This document shows positions 24,266-37,200 of a stretch of DNA of 64,000 nucleotides, in pieces. Made by a program: the position numbers and the translations under genes. A model generated the notes under the pieces. The model was not told where the DNA came from. It did not search any database and was given only the letters and a program-made list of their open reading frames with translations. Each line of letters begins with the position of its first letter. The stretch's first letter is position 1. The DNA lies in the NCBI GenBank assembly GCA_965285935.1, contig OZ260663.1, forward strand, positions 26,102,001 through 26,166,000, read 5' to 3'. This DNA comes from Ophelia neglecta. Lineage: Eukaryota.

Positions 24266-27200
24266 ATGATAATCATCAACTGTTCCAAAACAATTTCACT
24301 CCCCGTAATCTTTGCTCTGTGTATTGTTTCCTCTTGTTTGAGAACCCTTTCAATGGAAATTTACGTTGCGACAGCTTTTAATTATACTAAAGTAAAATCG
24401 GAATTAATGTCTAAATCCCAAAAGAAAAGTCACGACAATAGAAACATTGTATTTATTGATCTTTTTACAGAATAACAGGAAATATATAATGCTTTACTTG
24501 ATTGTAATCATATGTTTAACAATCAAGTTATAAGTAGTCGATAAGTTGCTCTTATTCATTAAATTCATTGTGGATAGTAACCTGTTGGTGAATCAAGATT
24601 AATGCATTTATAAAACGCCATATCTGCTATTATTATTCTCTATCTTAAAAGAATTTCATAGACAGGTATCGTAAACACTAAAATGAAAACTAACTTCCTT
24701 GTTGTTCCCATCAGATTTTAACTTATAATACAAAGAAATATTACTGCGCAGAAGGTAATAAAGAAATCTATACCCTCTAATTGATTCAAGCAAATGGTAG
24801 TTATATTCCACTACCACGGATCAATTAAAATATTTCAGAATAGAATTACTTTAGAAAAGTGAAGTGAACGACTAATAGGACACTTCGATCTTGCCCCTCA
24901 AATTAGATTTAGACCTGATCTGGACCATATACTGTATCGTTTTCAGGTCATCTGCCACCAACACATCCACCAAAGATTCCCTATAACCTTTAAAAACCGA
25001 TTCCGTACGCTAGATCGATTTATATAACAGGGTTTGGTCATAAGCGTTCCTTCAAATCTGTTCAATCCACAGGAGAATGTTGACCATGTTAAAGACGAAC
25101 GGAGCGTCTGATCATAAATTCACAATGCTTTCTCAAAGCCATAACTGTCGGTTCGTGATATGCTAACGCATCGACAAGATAACTAACATATGGATATATG
25201 GACCAATATATAATATATAATTATGTGAACGCTGTTAAACAAGAATACCAGTGCAAAACATCGACGTCTTTTTTTCATTAAGTGCGATGTTAGGCACGGT
25301 TTTGGTCTCGCAAAAATATATTATTGCCTATTACTTTACATGACTGTAGTCATATTTGGTCGCTTAATTCAATCATTTCTGCAATATATTTGGTTTTACT
25401 TATTGGCCCATGTATGCCCCGTAGGCTTTTATGTGTATCTCACCTCCAGTATATAGTAGGCTGTATGGGTAAAAAGAGCGTCCCATGTCATTCATAGAAT
25501 TAATGCAAATATATGTGGTTTCTTATAGCAAAAAAACATTCAATGTTACATGCTTACTTGTGTTTTCCGGTCGAATGTTTCCTAATAGAGAAGTTCCTGC
25601 AAATAAATGTCCCAGGCGTGCACCTAACCCAATGTAGTGTGTTCTTCAATCTAAAAATTTAGGTGTTAACCTTTCTTTGGCATTTGACTATGTCGGCCAC
25701 ACCAACAAGATAAAGTAATTAAAAGTGGAGGTTCAACCTATTTTCAAGTCTTATCCCGTTGCATTATTCATGGTTTCATTCTACTCTACTCGAAAGATGA
25801 GCGCTATAAAACAATTCAGTAAAGAAAATAGTTCGTTTATTTTAATTCATTATTAAGTTTACTTCTGCATGGACAAAACACACACCAGTATGGAGAGAAA
25901 TATTTATATACGAGTAATATGGTTAAAATGTCCTTGCAATACTTTAGGAACAATTGCACTTAGGTACAAGGTACAAAAAAATTCCCGGTGAATGTGCACA
26001 AAACAAAATGGAGCATTATTGAAGTTAAAAGTTTAGAAAATGCGACAGTACCAAAATAGTTGAAGTACCCAACATGATCAATTGCCGATTATAAGCATGT
26101 ATAGCGGTAGTGTCGAATATGAAGAAAAATGCCGAAATACTGAATATGGAGTAAGGCCGAAAAAGGCACTTCTCGTGATTATTCTTATTGTTGCCAAAAG
26201 ATATAATTCATAAACACAATCATAAAATGATTAAATATTTACATTAGATGCCTCCCTACTGGTGGTTCACATGCTAGCGTTCAACGTTTGAACTTAATGG
26301 AAATCTCCGAGATACATATTGCACTTTATACTTAAATGTATACAATTTTGTTATAATTATATACTGAACGATCCCGCACTTGAACGCTTAAACAATATTG
26401 ATCCACCGTCAGACATAATTAAACCTCCAATCAGAAATGTTGATCAAATGTCGAGTTGTTGAAGCAGCTAATAGGCTGACGTGTGTTTTTGTGTTAGTGA
26501 TGCAATATTGAGAGTCATTCAGCCTTCTGGTCACATCGGTTTGTAGTTAAAGCTTCGTCAACCGTTCAGAAAGAAAGGTAGGTATGAATCTTCTTGAAAA
26601 TGATTACTGTGTTGGAAAAACATTGAAAAGCAGTGAAGGGTCTTAGTAGGGAATAACTCTCTTTACCATTGGCTCTAACGTGCTTATACATGGACTCCTA
26701 GGGAATCCCTCATTCCGGCTATAGTTCAAACGTCATGTATGGTACACGACATTCTAAATTCAGTATATCGAGGATCATTCATTCTAAATTTGGCATATTC
26801 AATGTATGACCAGTGTTTTATGCTATCAGCGGGCCTCTTTTCGGCGTATAACCCCCAATAGTCCTCCCGCTCGGATGGTCGGTGGTTATACGCTCTTCAA
26901 GCCCAGAGCAATGATATTCCAACAATCACACCAGTCTCAACGTGTTGAACTTTATCATAAACCTAAGTTGATTCATATTGATAGGCAAAAATTGGTTGGC
27001 GGGCAAACAGGTTTTGGTAGACTGTGTGCAGTTTTTGCAACGTTTAGGGCAATTCTTCAGAGATTCAGTGTTGTCTGTCAATTCAGTTTGCGTTCAATAC
27101 AACGGTAGGTGTCGTCTGAAAGAATTACTTGATCCCTTTTCGTTACACCGAAACAAAACACGCATTATGTAGCGGTTCTGTCTGTGAACATACACATGTA

Positions 27201-29757
27201 ACTCACAATGGCCTCCATATTAACCTGATACCGAGCTAAGAGGGGGGGGGGGCTCTTTCAGTTGCTATGGATACCCTTTTAATTAATTAATGCTTTTATC
27301 AGCCGGGATTAAATCCGTGGCTCAGTAAATAACATTATTCGATTGGACGATTCAAGATTTATTAAATCAATAATATTTGGAAATATCATCTTTAAAACAG
27401 TCACAATGATCTCTGTCAGTTAACACAATGTTCTCTGCAAGCTAATGATAACCATTTATTTTAAAAATTGTATCAACGAAGATTGAGTCAACTGTATTCT
27501 TCCGTCTCGCTGCAGAATATGGCAAAAATAAAATGGGTAGTTCTACAATGAGTGTGGTCCTATACATGTATCATGCATTAAGCATTTTTATATTTGAATT
27601 ATACAGGATATCCCGTCCAGTTTTTGCCTTCATTGAAACCGCGGCATAGCCTTTACAAATATTCCAATAATATTAGCTCACCCTGCTGGCAGTCAGATTT
27701 TTATCGGCATTATGCATAATTTTCAATGGCTATACCAAAATCTATTGTATGTGTTCTGTCTGGATTTATTTTATTGCATTAGAGATACTATAATAACGAA
27801 GAAACTTAAATATCTTTTAAATTTGTTCACACTTAATGGATGACTACTATGATAATGGATAATTGACAGTTCACATTTCATATCGCTTTATGCTCTCTTG
27901 GGGCCCATCGTTTACGTATAAAGTATGTTATGATGTATTGTAAGCAGTTTATATATATGTATATTCCAATGATCTTATAGGCTTCTCAGGTAGATCTGCT
28001 CTTGGAAGGAATAGGCTATACTACCTGACTTCTTACACCGAGTTTCCAAATGTTCATTACCTAGTTCCAAGCAATGAGCAGTGTTCAATACAAAATATCA
28101 GGTATTGGCCGGCCAATAGCAACGTTCAGCTAATGGATAGCCAAAAGGCGTGTAGTAATCGACAGTTCACGAATGAATAAATGCTTTATATTATTCTGTC
28201 CAAACAACAGGCTGATGTCACTAGTGGACTTGGTAGATAAAGAACGAGGTGGAGATTACTAATACCATATCGAGTGCAGCACGATGGTCGCCTATATCGA
28301 ATGCATTATCACACTGAATATACGTTGACAAATGTCTTTGGTAAACCTGGTAATCTACCAGACAATCGCTGGTAAACTCTTAGGCCTTGTACAATTGAAC
28401 AATGAAAGGCTGGTCATTGGCAAGAAAAGGGCAGGAGATCGCGGACCCATAGTATGTTGACTATACACATAATTAAGCGATTAAAACAAGGACTACGCTT
28501 ATTAAGGCCTGCATGGCTGAAGATGTTAATTGCTAATTTCCGATCATTGTATACGACACACTCAGTCTGGTTCTTTATACTCTGTACATGGTATAAACCT
28601 GCGGTTCCCAGTTGCAAAAACATTCTGCTATCACAAAAGAAATCTCGGATATACCTTGCTTAAATCGACATGACACTGTGACGATTTAAAAACTGATGAA
28701 ACGTATAAGCTTGATTATGTACTATTGTTTTAGAAAGGTTCAAAGTGCAAATTGCCATCAGTGCGCAATGTATCATGCTTAAGCAAAGTATGAATAATGA
28801 ACAGAATCCATACCTATAGTTGATATATACATGTATGTATACCTGATAAGACACTTTATTTTTATTTATTTTGTGAAAAGATGTGATTAGATAAGGCGTA
28901 GTAACATTGCTAGCCCTTGTTGGATGACATAAGTACACTACAACACGTATCAGCTACTTAGTCCACATGAAGTTTTTTCTTATTTACCTGCTATGTAACT
29001 GAAACCTGCCTGAGTCGCCTATTTAGTTTGCTTGAAACACAGCAGAAACATGGCAGTGCATCCATGTGCAGTAGTTTTCCCAAGTCTGAGAATCTCTCCG
29101 AAATTCGCATTGTAAATAAACTATTAGACACTGTGTTTATCTGCCAGTCTGTGATAATCTACTAGCCACTGCGATCAGACAGCCTGTCTGATATATTACC
29201 CGAATTAATCTATTGTGGCAAACATTACAAACGTATGCTCACACATGTTATTCGTAATATCTGGGGATCAGCTGATGGATAGTGCCAGTAGTGTGACAGG
29301 GCAGAAGTAACGTTAGCAGATGTGATTCTTGCTTGTCGCTCAAAAATATTTCTAAACTATTTGTCAAGGAAAAGTGTTATCACGAAATGTCAGATCTATT
29401 TAATGTGTATTTTGAAGGAATACACTTTTTCACTCAGCCTTTAACAAACCTGTAGTTTAGAATACACATGTGAGTGTAATGGATTGTAAGTTTTTTTTTA
29501 TTATTATTTGGTTGTAATTTTTATAAAGAGTCAAGGAGCTGGGGATACATTATTGTGGAGCTGCTGCTATCTTATGTGTTAGGACCAATTTAAAGGCACT
29601 TTTTGATTAACGATTTAGTTTTATCTGTGAGATATCCACTACAGTGTTTCTCACATCACTGCTAGGTTGTTGTGCCCAATATTTGAGGTGGACATTGGTC
29701 AGTGAATTCTGATTTATCATTATGCCAGGTGACATTCGAGGAGCGCCAGAAGACACA

Positions 29758-32700
29758 ATGGCAACACATTGTTTATTTTGTGACAAAAGTTTCATCGACC
29801 GAAAAAAACGCAGGAGCCACGCAAAGAAGGACCATGGCTTACCCTGTTCATTATGCAAGAAAAGAAATTGCATTGGGGACCAAGGATTGGCTGAACATAC
29901 GAGAGTCAAACATGCGGGACAACCTTTTGTCGCTCAACAAAAGGAGACTAAGTCAAAAACTAGTAACCGGTAAGGGTATCATAAATCGGTTCATTCTAGT
30001 AGCATTTATAAGGTCAGTGCCGAATGAATTTATTGCTGACTTAATAGAAAATATCTTCTTGTAAACATTCAATAAGTCCTTTATGGTACAATCATAAAAC
30101 TAATTAACAAATATGTTATCAATGTTTTAGTATTCAAATATTCCCTTTCACGACTTTTTCTCATTCACGGCTATGTTTCTAAGTGTTGTTTTAATCATTG
30201 ATTAGCAAAAAGAAGAAAGTGAGACTGCATCCTATATTTACATCCATTTATTTTAGTATACCGTGTGACCAATGTGGTCGAATACTTAAAGGAAAACATG
30301 GACTAAAGCTGCATAAAAAGATGAAGCACGGCGATTCACATTCAGGTAATCATTGTTTCATTTTTTGCGAAAAGAAGATGATATGTTAGGCGGTAGTTCC
30401 ATAATGTTAGTTTGTTCTAAATGTTATATATAAGGATTATGCCTGCCGTCACTTATATATTATGATCTTATTATGTGTCATTTCTGTGCCTGCAGCACAT
30501 TTCCCAAAAACATATATTATCATTCGAATTCAGTTGTACTTTGGGTTGTTCGTGTTCAACAGGGCAACATAGAAAGGTAGCATGCCTATGAATAAAATAG
30601 CTGAAGATGTGTTATGCAAATTACGTGTAAATAATAATCTAATACAAACTGGGAGTCAGTGGCCTACATGCAAATGTCTTAGCACATAAACAGGTAAAAG
30701 TCATAACGTATGATGTCTTCAACACATAATGGACATGTATCCATAGCCTACACCAGATTTTATTTTGGTTATGCATTGTTTCAATTCATGTCGTAACGGA
30801 AGCCTTGGTAAAATGAAATATGTTTGGCTATCGTAAGAATTTCCAATGTCCGAATTCACCGTAGCCAATTCAATCTAACCATTATATACGTTCCGCTTAT
30901 TGGGTTCAGGGATGCATTTTCATATTCCGCACAAAAGGGCGAATTTCAAGATTTCACCTTTCATTCCTTGTATTTACGCCTTTATGTTTGGTACCCCCCA
31001 CCCTTTGGGTAATTTACGCCGGCTATATTGGTGTTTGTTGCTTTGCTTAAAGTAGAAAATATGTATAGCCCTAAATGCATACTTACAAATAACTTAGCAA
31101 AGCATGTATTGTGCAGCTCTTTTCAAGCCAGGATATGATTCCTGAAATATTCACATAATGGATGCGCAGTGATTTTGCAGCAAAGAAACGGGGATTGTTG
31201 AAAGATAGTTATCTGAACAAAATAAAATATTCATATTCGGAAATTACTCTCTGCTAGGTGATACCCTGAAATATCGAAGGAGTCGGGAATGATGAACTGT
31301 TGAAAAGAACACACATGTAAAATTAATATAGCCGCTCAGATATCGGTCCTTCGGTGTTTTTACAATTGTAAAAAACCCTCTCCTTGGTGGAGGTGTGAAT
31401 GCTAGTTGACAAAAAAACTAGTGTTTAATTACATGTAAAAGCGCCTGCTCAAAACTATAGATTTATTCAGGGGTATAGGGCGTTTGAATATTGTTTTCAA
31501 CAAGTGATTCAGTTATTTTATTTCGCATCGACATCTCCATGTTTCGACATACACTGCTCTATTTTCTCCAACCATGGGAGCTACACCGTATTTTGGTGCC
31601 CACAATGTTGACCTCCAAAATGAATTAAGTTTGTTTTTCTTCGTATTATTATTAGTATCTTGATTTAAAAGAATATTTAGTAAAGCTTGGTTTCCAGGTA
31701 TGTTTTCTCACTATCGTACATGCCATGGTGGCATGCCATTTTTTTATTTTTACAATTGTGATGACAAATAAACACCATTGGCTCATTATGATTTATTTAT
31801 CAGGGTAATTCTTTCGCCGGCAGTCATTATATAAGTGTGTATTTGTTTGTACATCGTATTACGGCGTTTGTGTTTAAGAAAACAATCATTCGTGTTTAAA
31901 TTATTACGTACATGTGGTAACTATTGTGGTCACTCCACAAAACATTTAAAGCAGGCGGGTGATTTTATAAACGCCATGTACACATTTTTTTATTTACGCT
32001 GTGCCCCGATTTCAATGTCTCCTGTGTGCAAATTACTATCCAAGTGTTATGAACTATGCTGGTTAAAAGGAACACTTTCACCAAACTAAGAATGAACCCT
32101 AACGTAATGACTTGTTTCTAGTTTTCAGTATTTTAACATCTAGACAAGTATTTTTTATTTTTTTTTGGTAGAGCAGGGAAGCAATACACAATGACTTCTG
32201 TAATGCTCCTCAACCAAAAACCTTTCATACTGTCACTCTTAAGTCTACCTTTTTCAGTTCACCCAATATTAATCACCCAATTACAACTCAATTGAATTAT
32301 CCCAAACAATAAACAAGGGGGAAATATAATATTAACTAGTATGATTCATTACAGTTGCATTGCCTAATGATTCCTTCCTGGCGATTTCAAGCACCAACCT
32401 GAATACTTATATTGGTGACAACTTACAGCCAGTCGAACCATTTAATATTAGAATGAAGGAGGCCGTTGACCAACTGACATCGTTTCTCAGGGAGCATCCA
32501 CAGCTTAACGTTAGTAAGGTGGTTAAAGTAAGTTAAGAAATATTTATGTTATATTTAGTTCTAGATATGTGAAATCGCTGACCCTTCCCTGATATCCTAC
32601 ACATAAGCAATTTCTAGCTATGTGTTTAACCGACGGAAATAAAGTTACCGACACAATATGATATATTATTTCTGAAAAAAAAATACATGAAAAAATTAAA

Positions 32701-34267
32701 TGTATAGTTGGTAGTAGGTGTTGATTAGGGGGTAGGGAAGAAAGTATTTGGGAATTTGGAGAGGATTTCTGGGAGGATGTTATTAGGGTTGCGACGGGTC
32801 GGTTGGTAGGTCATGTAGGTTGTTATTTTATTTGCCTACTAGTTAGCTACTTCAAGGTATATATAGCAGTATCAATTAGTTGCAGTCAAATATTTCAGAA
32901 TTCATGTAGATTATTGAGGCCTTCAGACATTGACGCCAATTGTTTTGATAAATGCGCATTATGTTTTATGGTCATTCATTGTCTCGCACTATTTGGTTAA
33001 TATTATATTTTCATCTAGAGTGGATCCATGGGAAAGGGAACTGCCATAAAAGACGATGCAGACATTGATTTAGTCGTGTTCCTGAATGGTTACAGCTCCA
33101 TGGCAGAGCTTGTCAGGGACCGAAGAGCAATGCTACAGAGGATAGAAGGTTACATCAGAGAAAGGAGAAGTAACGAAATGGATATTGTGGTAAACAACAC
33201 GTCTGAGTACGTTCTGGGCCTGACGGTGAAATTACGATTACATTCAGAAAAAATACCAGTAGACCTATTGATAGCCAGAGACTATAGTAGCTGTCAGGTA
33301 TGTCATCCACCCATTGACTTAATAACTGTCAGTTTTTGCAAGTAGTATCAACAGCCGATATACTATTTTATTAACCTTGATTTAAGTTATTATCGAACAT
33401 GTACAATCTAAATTGCGCAATTGGTTGATCGCAATATTTTGACCTTAGGACATATACAGGGAGATGACATCTAGTAACTATGGTGACTATTCTACTTCAC
33501 TGGCTCCACAGAAGCTGGACTTCGTCAAAGCAATGCCTCCAAATATCAAAGACTTGATACGACTCGTAAAATACTGGAAGAATACACATCTAACGGTACG
33601 CCAAATAAAAATGTCAAACAATACAAAATATAATCCTTAATATATTTACGGTGAGCAATGTTCACTGCTTATTTCAAATTCTATGGATTTCATTTCAAAA
33701 TATTTCATTATTTATTGAAAAGGGCCGTACTGCCCCAAATTCATATGCCATGGAGCTCTTGGTTATACATGAGTGGGAGAAAGCAGGGAGACCCCAGCGA
33801 TTTAACACAGACGGGGCATTCAAGCAGATCATGACAAGTCTGACATCCGGACATACTATCAAGGCTTATTGGGAAGAGAACTATCGATATGCTGACTTTA
33901 AGGGACGGGCAGAGGCTACTACGTAATACTAAAACATTTTTATAATATCCTCAATAACAACTGAGATGCAACTTGCTGTTTTAGTTATTTATCGGCAGGA
34001 AAGTCAATACTTTATATATTTTTGTATTAATCACCACTTGTCAAAGAAGTATATATTTTTAATAGAAGATGGTGCTCAAACGACGCCTAAAGATAGACGA
34101 TTAAAAAATATGAATCGTTCGGTTTCAGAAATGGTCCATTTTTGTTGGATCCTGCTAATCCATTTCAAAATGTTGCTGCTGGCTTCAACTGGCAAGATGT
34201 CTCGAAAATGGCCGGAGCAAGTTTGGAAAGTCCAAAGCTTCGGTGTGTGCAAGCTGGATGGAACTGA
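29758..34267 (+). CDS. OAS: OAS copy 3: 3x C2H2 zinc finger + OAS, about 412 aa, apparently chimeric
   Basis: Exons 29758-29969, 30257-30345, 32355-32527, 33019-33297, 33449-33595, 33723-33922, 34129-34267; phases 2,1,0,0,0,2 compatible (1239 nt, open). Motifs SGSMGKGT, ADIDLV, PVDLL, LIRLVKYW, PNSYAMELLVIHEWE, LLDPANP. Confidence 0.85.
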
Positions 34268-37200
34268 GATGTTGATTGTAAAATGTGTGTGCCACATGTC
34301 AGGCGGTAAAAAGAAACAAGCAAAGTGTATGTATAAGCAACATGTACACCTACACTATAGGGGATAGTGGATTTATATTTTCAAATGAGATAGAAAGAGA
34401 AGAGTGCTCATTTAAATTTTGTCTTTTGTCTTTTTTGTTTAATTTAGTTCTAGCACAATAACATAATATTTGGCTAAAGGTTCTCAATTATTATTAGCTG
34501 ATTTTAAAGAAATTGTCCTGCTGGGGGGGGGGGGCGGGTAATTTTCATGTAGACCACGTCACTCCCTCGGACACAACTTCTTGTGAAAACCCCAACACCA
34601 TTATGTGCCAATCTTAATTCTACCGTAGTTGAGTGAACGTAATAAAAAAGTGTTGGGTGATTTTCAGTCAATGGATTCTTGATGCTCGTTTTGGAATATG
34701 TGTCCGAGCAGCCGGCCTACATTTAATGTTTGTACATTATTGATTTCCGGTTAAAGTTAAAACACAAAATGTTCTCCCCGTATTTAGTGGGTATCCTTTT
34801 GGTTTAACTTGTTAAAATTGTAATAGGCAAACTTTAGGGAGATAACTTCAATTAAATTTGAATATTGTCAGGCTCCCGGATCCCCCGGCAATGACTTTTG
34901 GAAATAGTCCCCTTCCCCTGCACCCAGACATATGGTTTGAAATACATCCCCATGTGCCGGATAGACAGTTCTATTTTAACCCCCCTCCTCCCATCCTGGA
35001 CAGGGATGTCTTCCACCCCCACCCCCCCGGCACCCCCCCCCCACCCCCGGACAGGAATGTTCTTCCCCCACCCCCGCCCGTGGAGGACAATTTCTGGAAG
35101 AGCCCTTAGTTTGTCTATCACCAGTAGCGTTGCATCTAGAACTCGTTGACGTATGGAGGTTTGCTGAAAGTTACTGCCTTATATTTGGTGTATATGTTAT
35201 TTTAATATTTGGTGGCCGAACTGGAGCATCCTCGTCTCTACTTTGTGTTTGCATCAATCCCAGCCTTTCACGTTCAGGTTCATTTAGTTTCTGCAGGCGA
35301 AATCTTCTGTGTCGCCTTATGTTTAACACTTTCAGTTTAGCCATGGTGACAGGGACAACTTATGCTGTATTTATGAAATGAAGTATGCAAGCCTCAGCTA
35401 TTTTGCTCTTTAGCCATATCAATAAATTACCCCTATAGCAAAATAGCTGTTTTGTTTATTAGCTGCTTACCTTTAGAAGAGTAGATTTCTGTAAGAATAA
35501 TTAATGCTCTAGGCTTACTGTTAGGATAAACTCAATACTGTTGGACAAATCAAAAATATTTACTAAGACCTTAACCACAGTAAAGAAGCGTCATATTGAT
35601 TAAATGATAATCGTCAACTGTTCCCAAACAATTTCACTCCACGTAATCTTTGCTCTGTGTATTTTCGTCTTGTTGGAGAATCTTTTCAATGGAAATTTTC
35701 GTTGCGACAGCTTTTTAATTATACTGTTCACACTTAAGTAAAATCGGAATTAATGTCTAAATCCCTAAAGGAAAGTCATGACAATAGAAACATTGTACTT
35801 ATTGATCTTTTAACAGAATCACAGGAAATAAAATGCTTTATATGATTGTTATCATACTTTTACCAATAAAGTTAAAAGTAGTCGATAAGTTGCTCTTATT
35901 CATTAAAATATCTATGGATAGTAACCTGTTGGTGAATCAAGATAAATGCATTTATAAAACGCCATATCTGCTATTATTATTCTCTATCATAAAAGAATTT
36001 TATAGACAGGTATCGTAAACACTAAAATAAAAACTAACTTCCCTGTTGTTCCCATCAGATTTTAACTTATAATACAAAGAAATATTACTGCACAGAAGGT
36101 AATAAAGAAATCTATACTCTCTTATTGATTCATGCAAATGGTAGTTATATTCCACTACCACGGATCAATTAAAATATTTCAGAATAGAATTACTTTAGAA
36201 AAGTAAAGTGAATGACTAATAGGACACTTCGCTCTTGTCTCTTTTATTTTGGGCACATTAGATTTAGACCTGATCTGGACCATATACTGTATCGTTTTTC
36301 AGGTCATCTGCCACCAACACCTCCACCAAAAATTCCATATAACCTTTAAAAACCGATTCCGTACGCTAGATCGATTTATATAACAGGGTTTGGTCATAAA
36401 CGTTCCTTCAAATCTGTTCAATCCACAGGAGAATTTTGACCAAGTTAAAGACCAACGGAGTGTCTGATCATAGTGCTTTCTCCAAGCCATAACTGTCGGT
36501 TCGTGATATGCTAACGCATCGACAAAATAACTAACATATGGATATATGGATCAACATATAATATATAATTATGTGAACGCTAAGTGTTAAACAAGAATAC
36601 CAGCGCAAAACATCGACGTCTTTTCTTCTTTGAGTGCGATGCTGGGCACGGTTTATGTCAAGCATAAACATATTATGTGGTTTCTTATAGCAAAAAAAAC
36701 ATTCAATGTTACATGCTTACTTGTGATTTTCCGGTCGAGGCCTTCCTTATAGAAAAGTACCTGCAAATAAATGTCCCAGGCGTGCACCTAACCCAATGTA
36801 GTGTGTTCTTCAATCACAAAATTTAGGTGTTAACCTTTCTTTGGCATTTGACTATGTCGGCCACACCAACAAGATAAAGCAATAAAAAGTGAAGGTTCAA
36901 CCTATTTTCAAGTCTTATCCCGTGGCACTGTTCATGGTTTCATTCTACTCTACTCGAGAGAAAAGCGCTATAAAACAATTCAGTAAAGAAAATAGTTCCT
37001 TTATTTTAATTCATTATTACGTGTATGGACAAAACACACACCAGTATGGAGAGAAACATTTATATATGAGTAATATGGTTGAAATGTCCTTGCAATACTT
37101 AGGACAAATTGCACTTCAAGGTACAAAAAAATTCCCTGTATATGAACACAAAACAAAATGGAGCAATATTGAAGTTAAAAGTTTAGAATATGCGACAGTG

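Larger units (their letters stand above)
14450..31100 (+). repeat. Segmental duplication unit A (OAS core, spacer, zinc-finger exons), paralogous to about 32020-41790
   Basis: Near-identical exons and introns: 15066 to 32355, 16980 to 34267, 29758 to 40132, 30257 to 40968. Unit A is longer because of internal duplications. Confidence 0.9.

Noticed and set aside
34852-35149. Proline-rich ORF (and its paralog at 17558-17755)
   Set aside because: Comes from C-runs of a probable MITE remnant; frame and length are not conserved between the duplicates.
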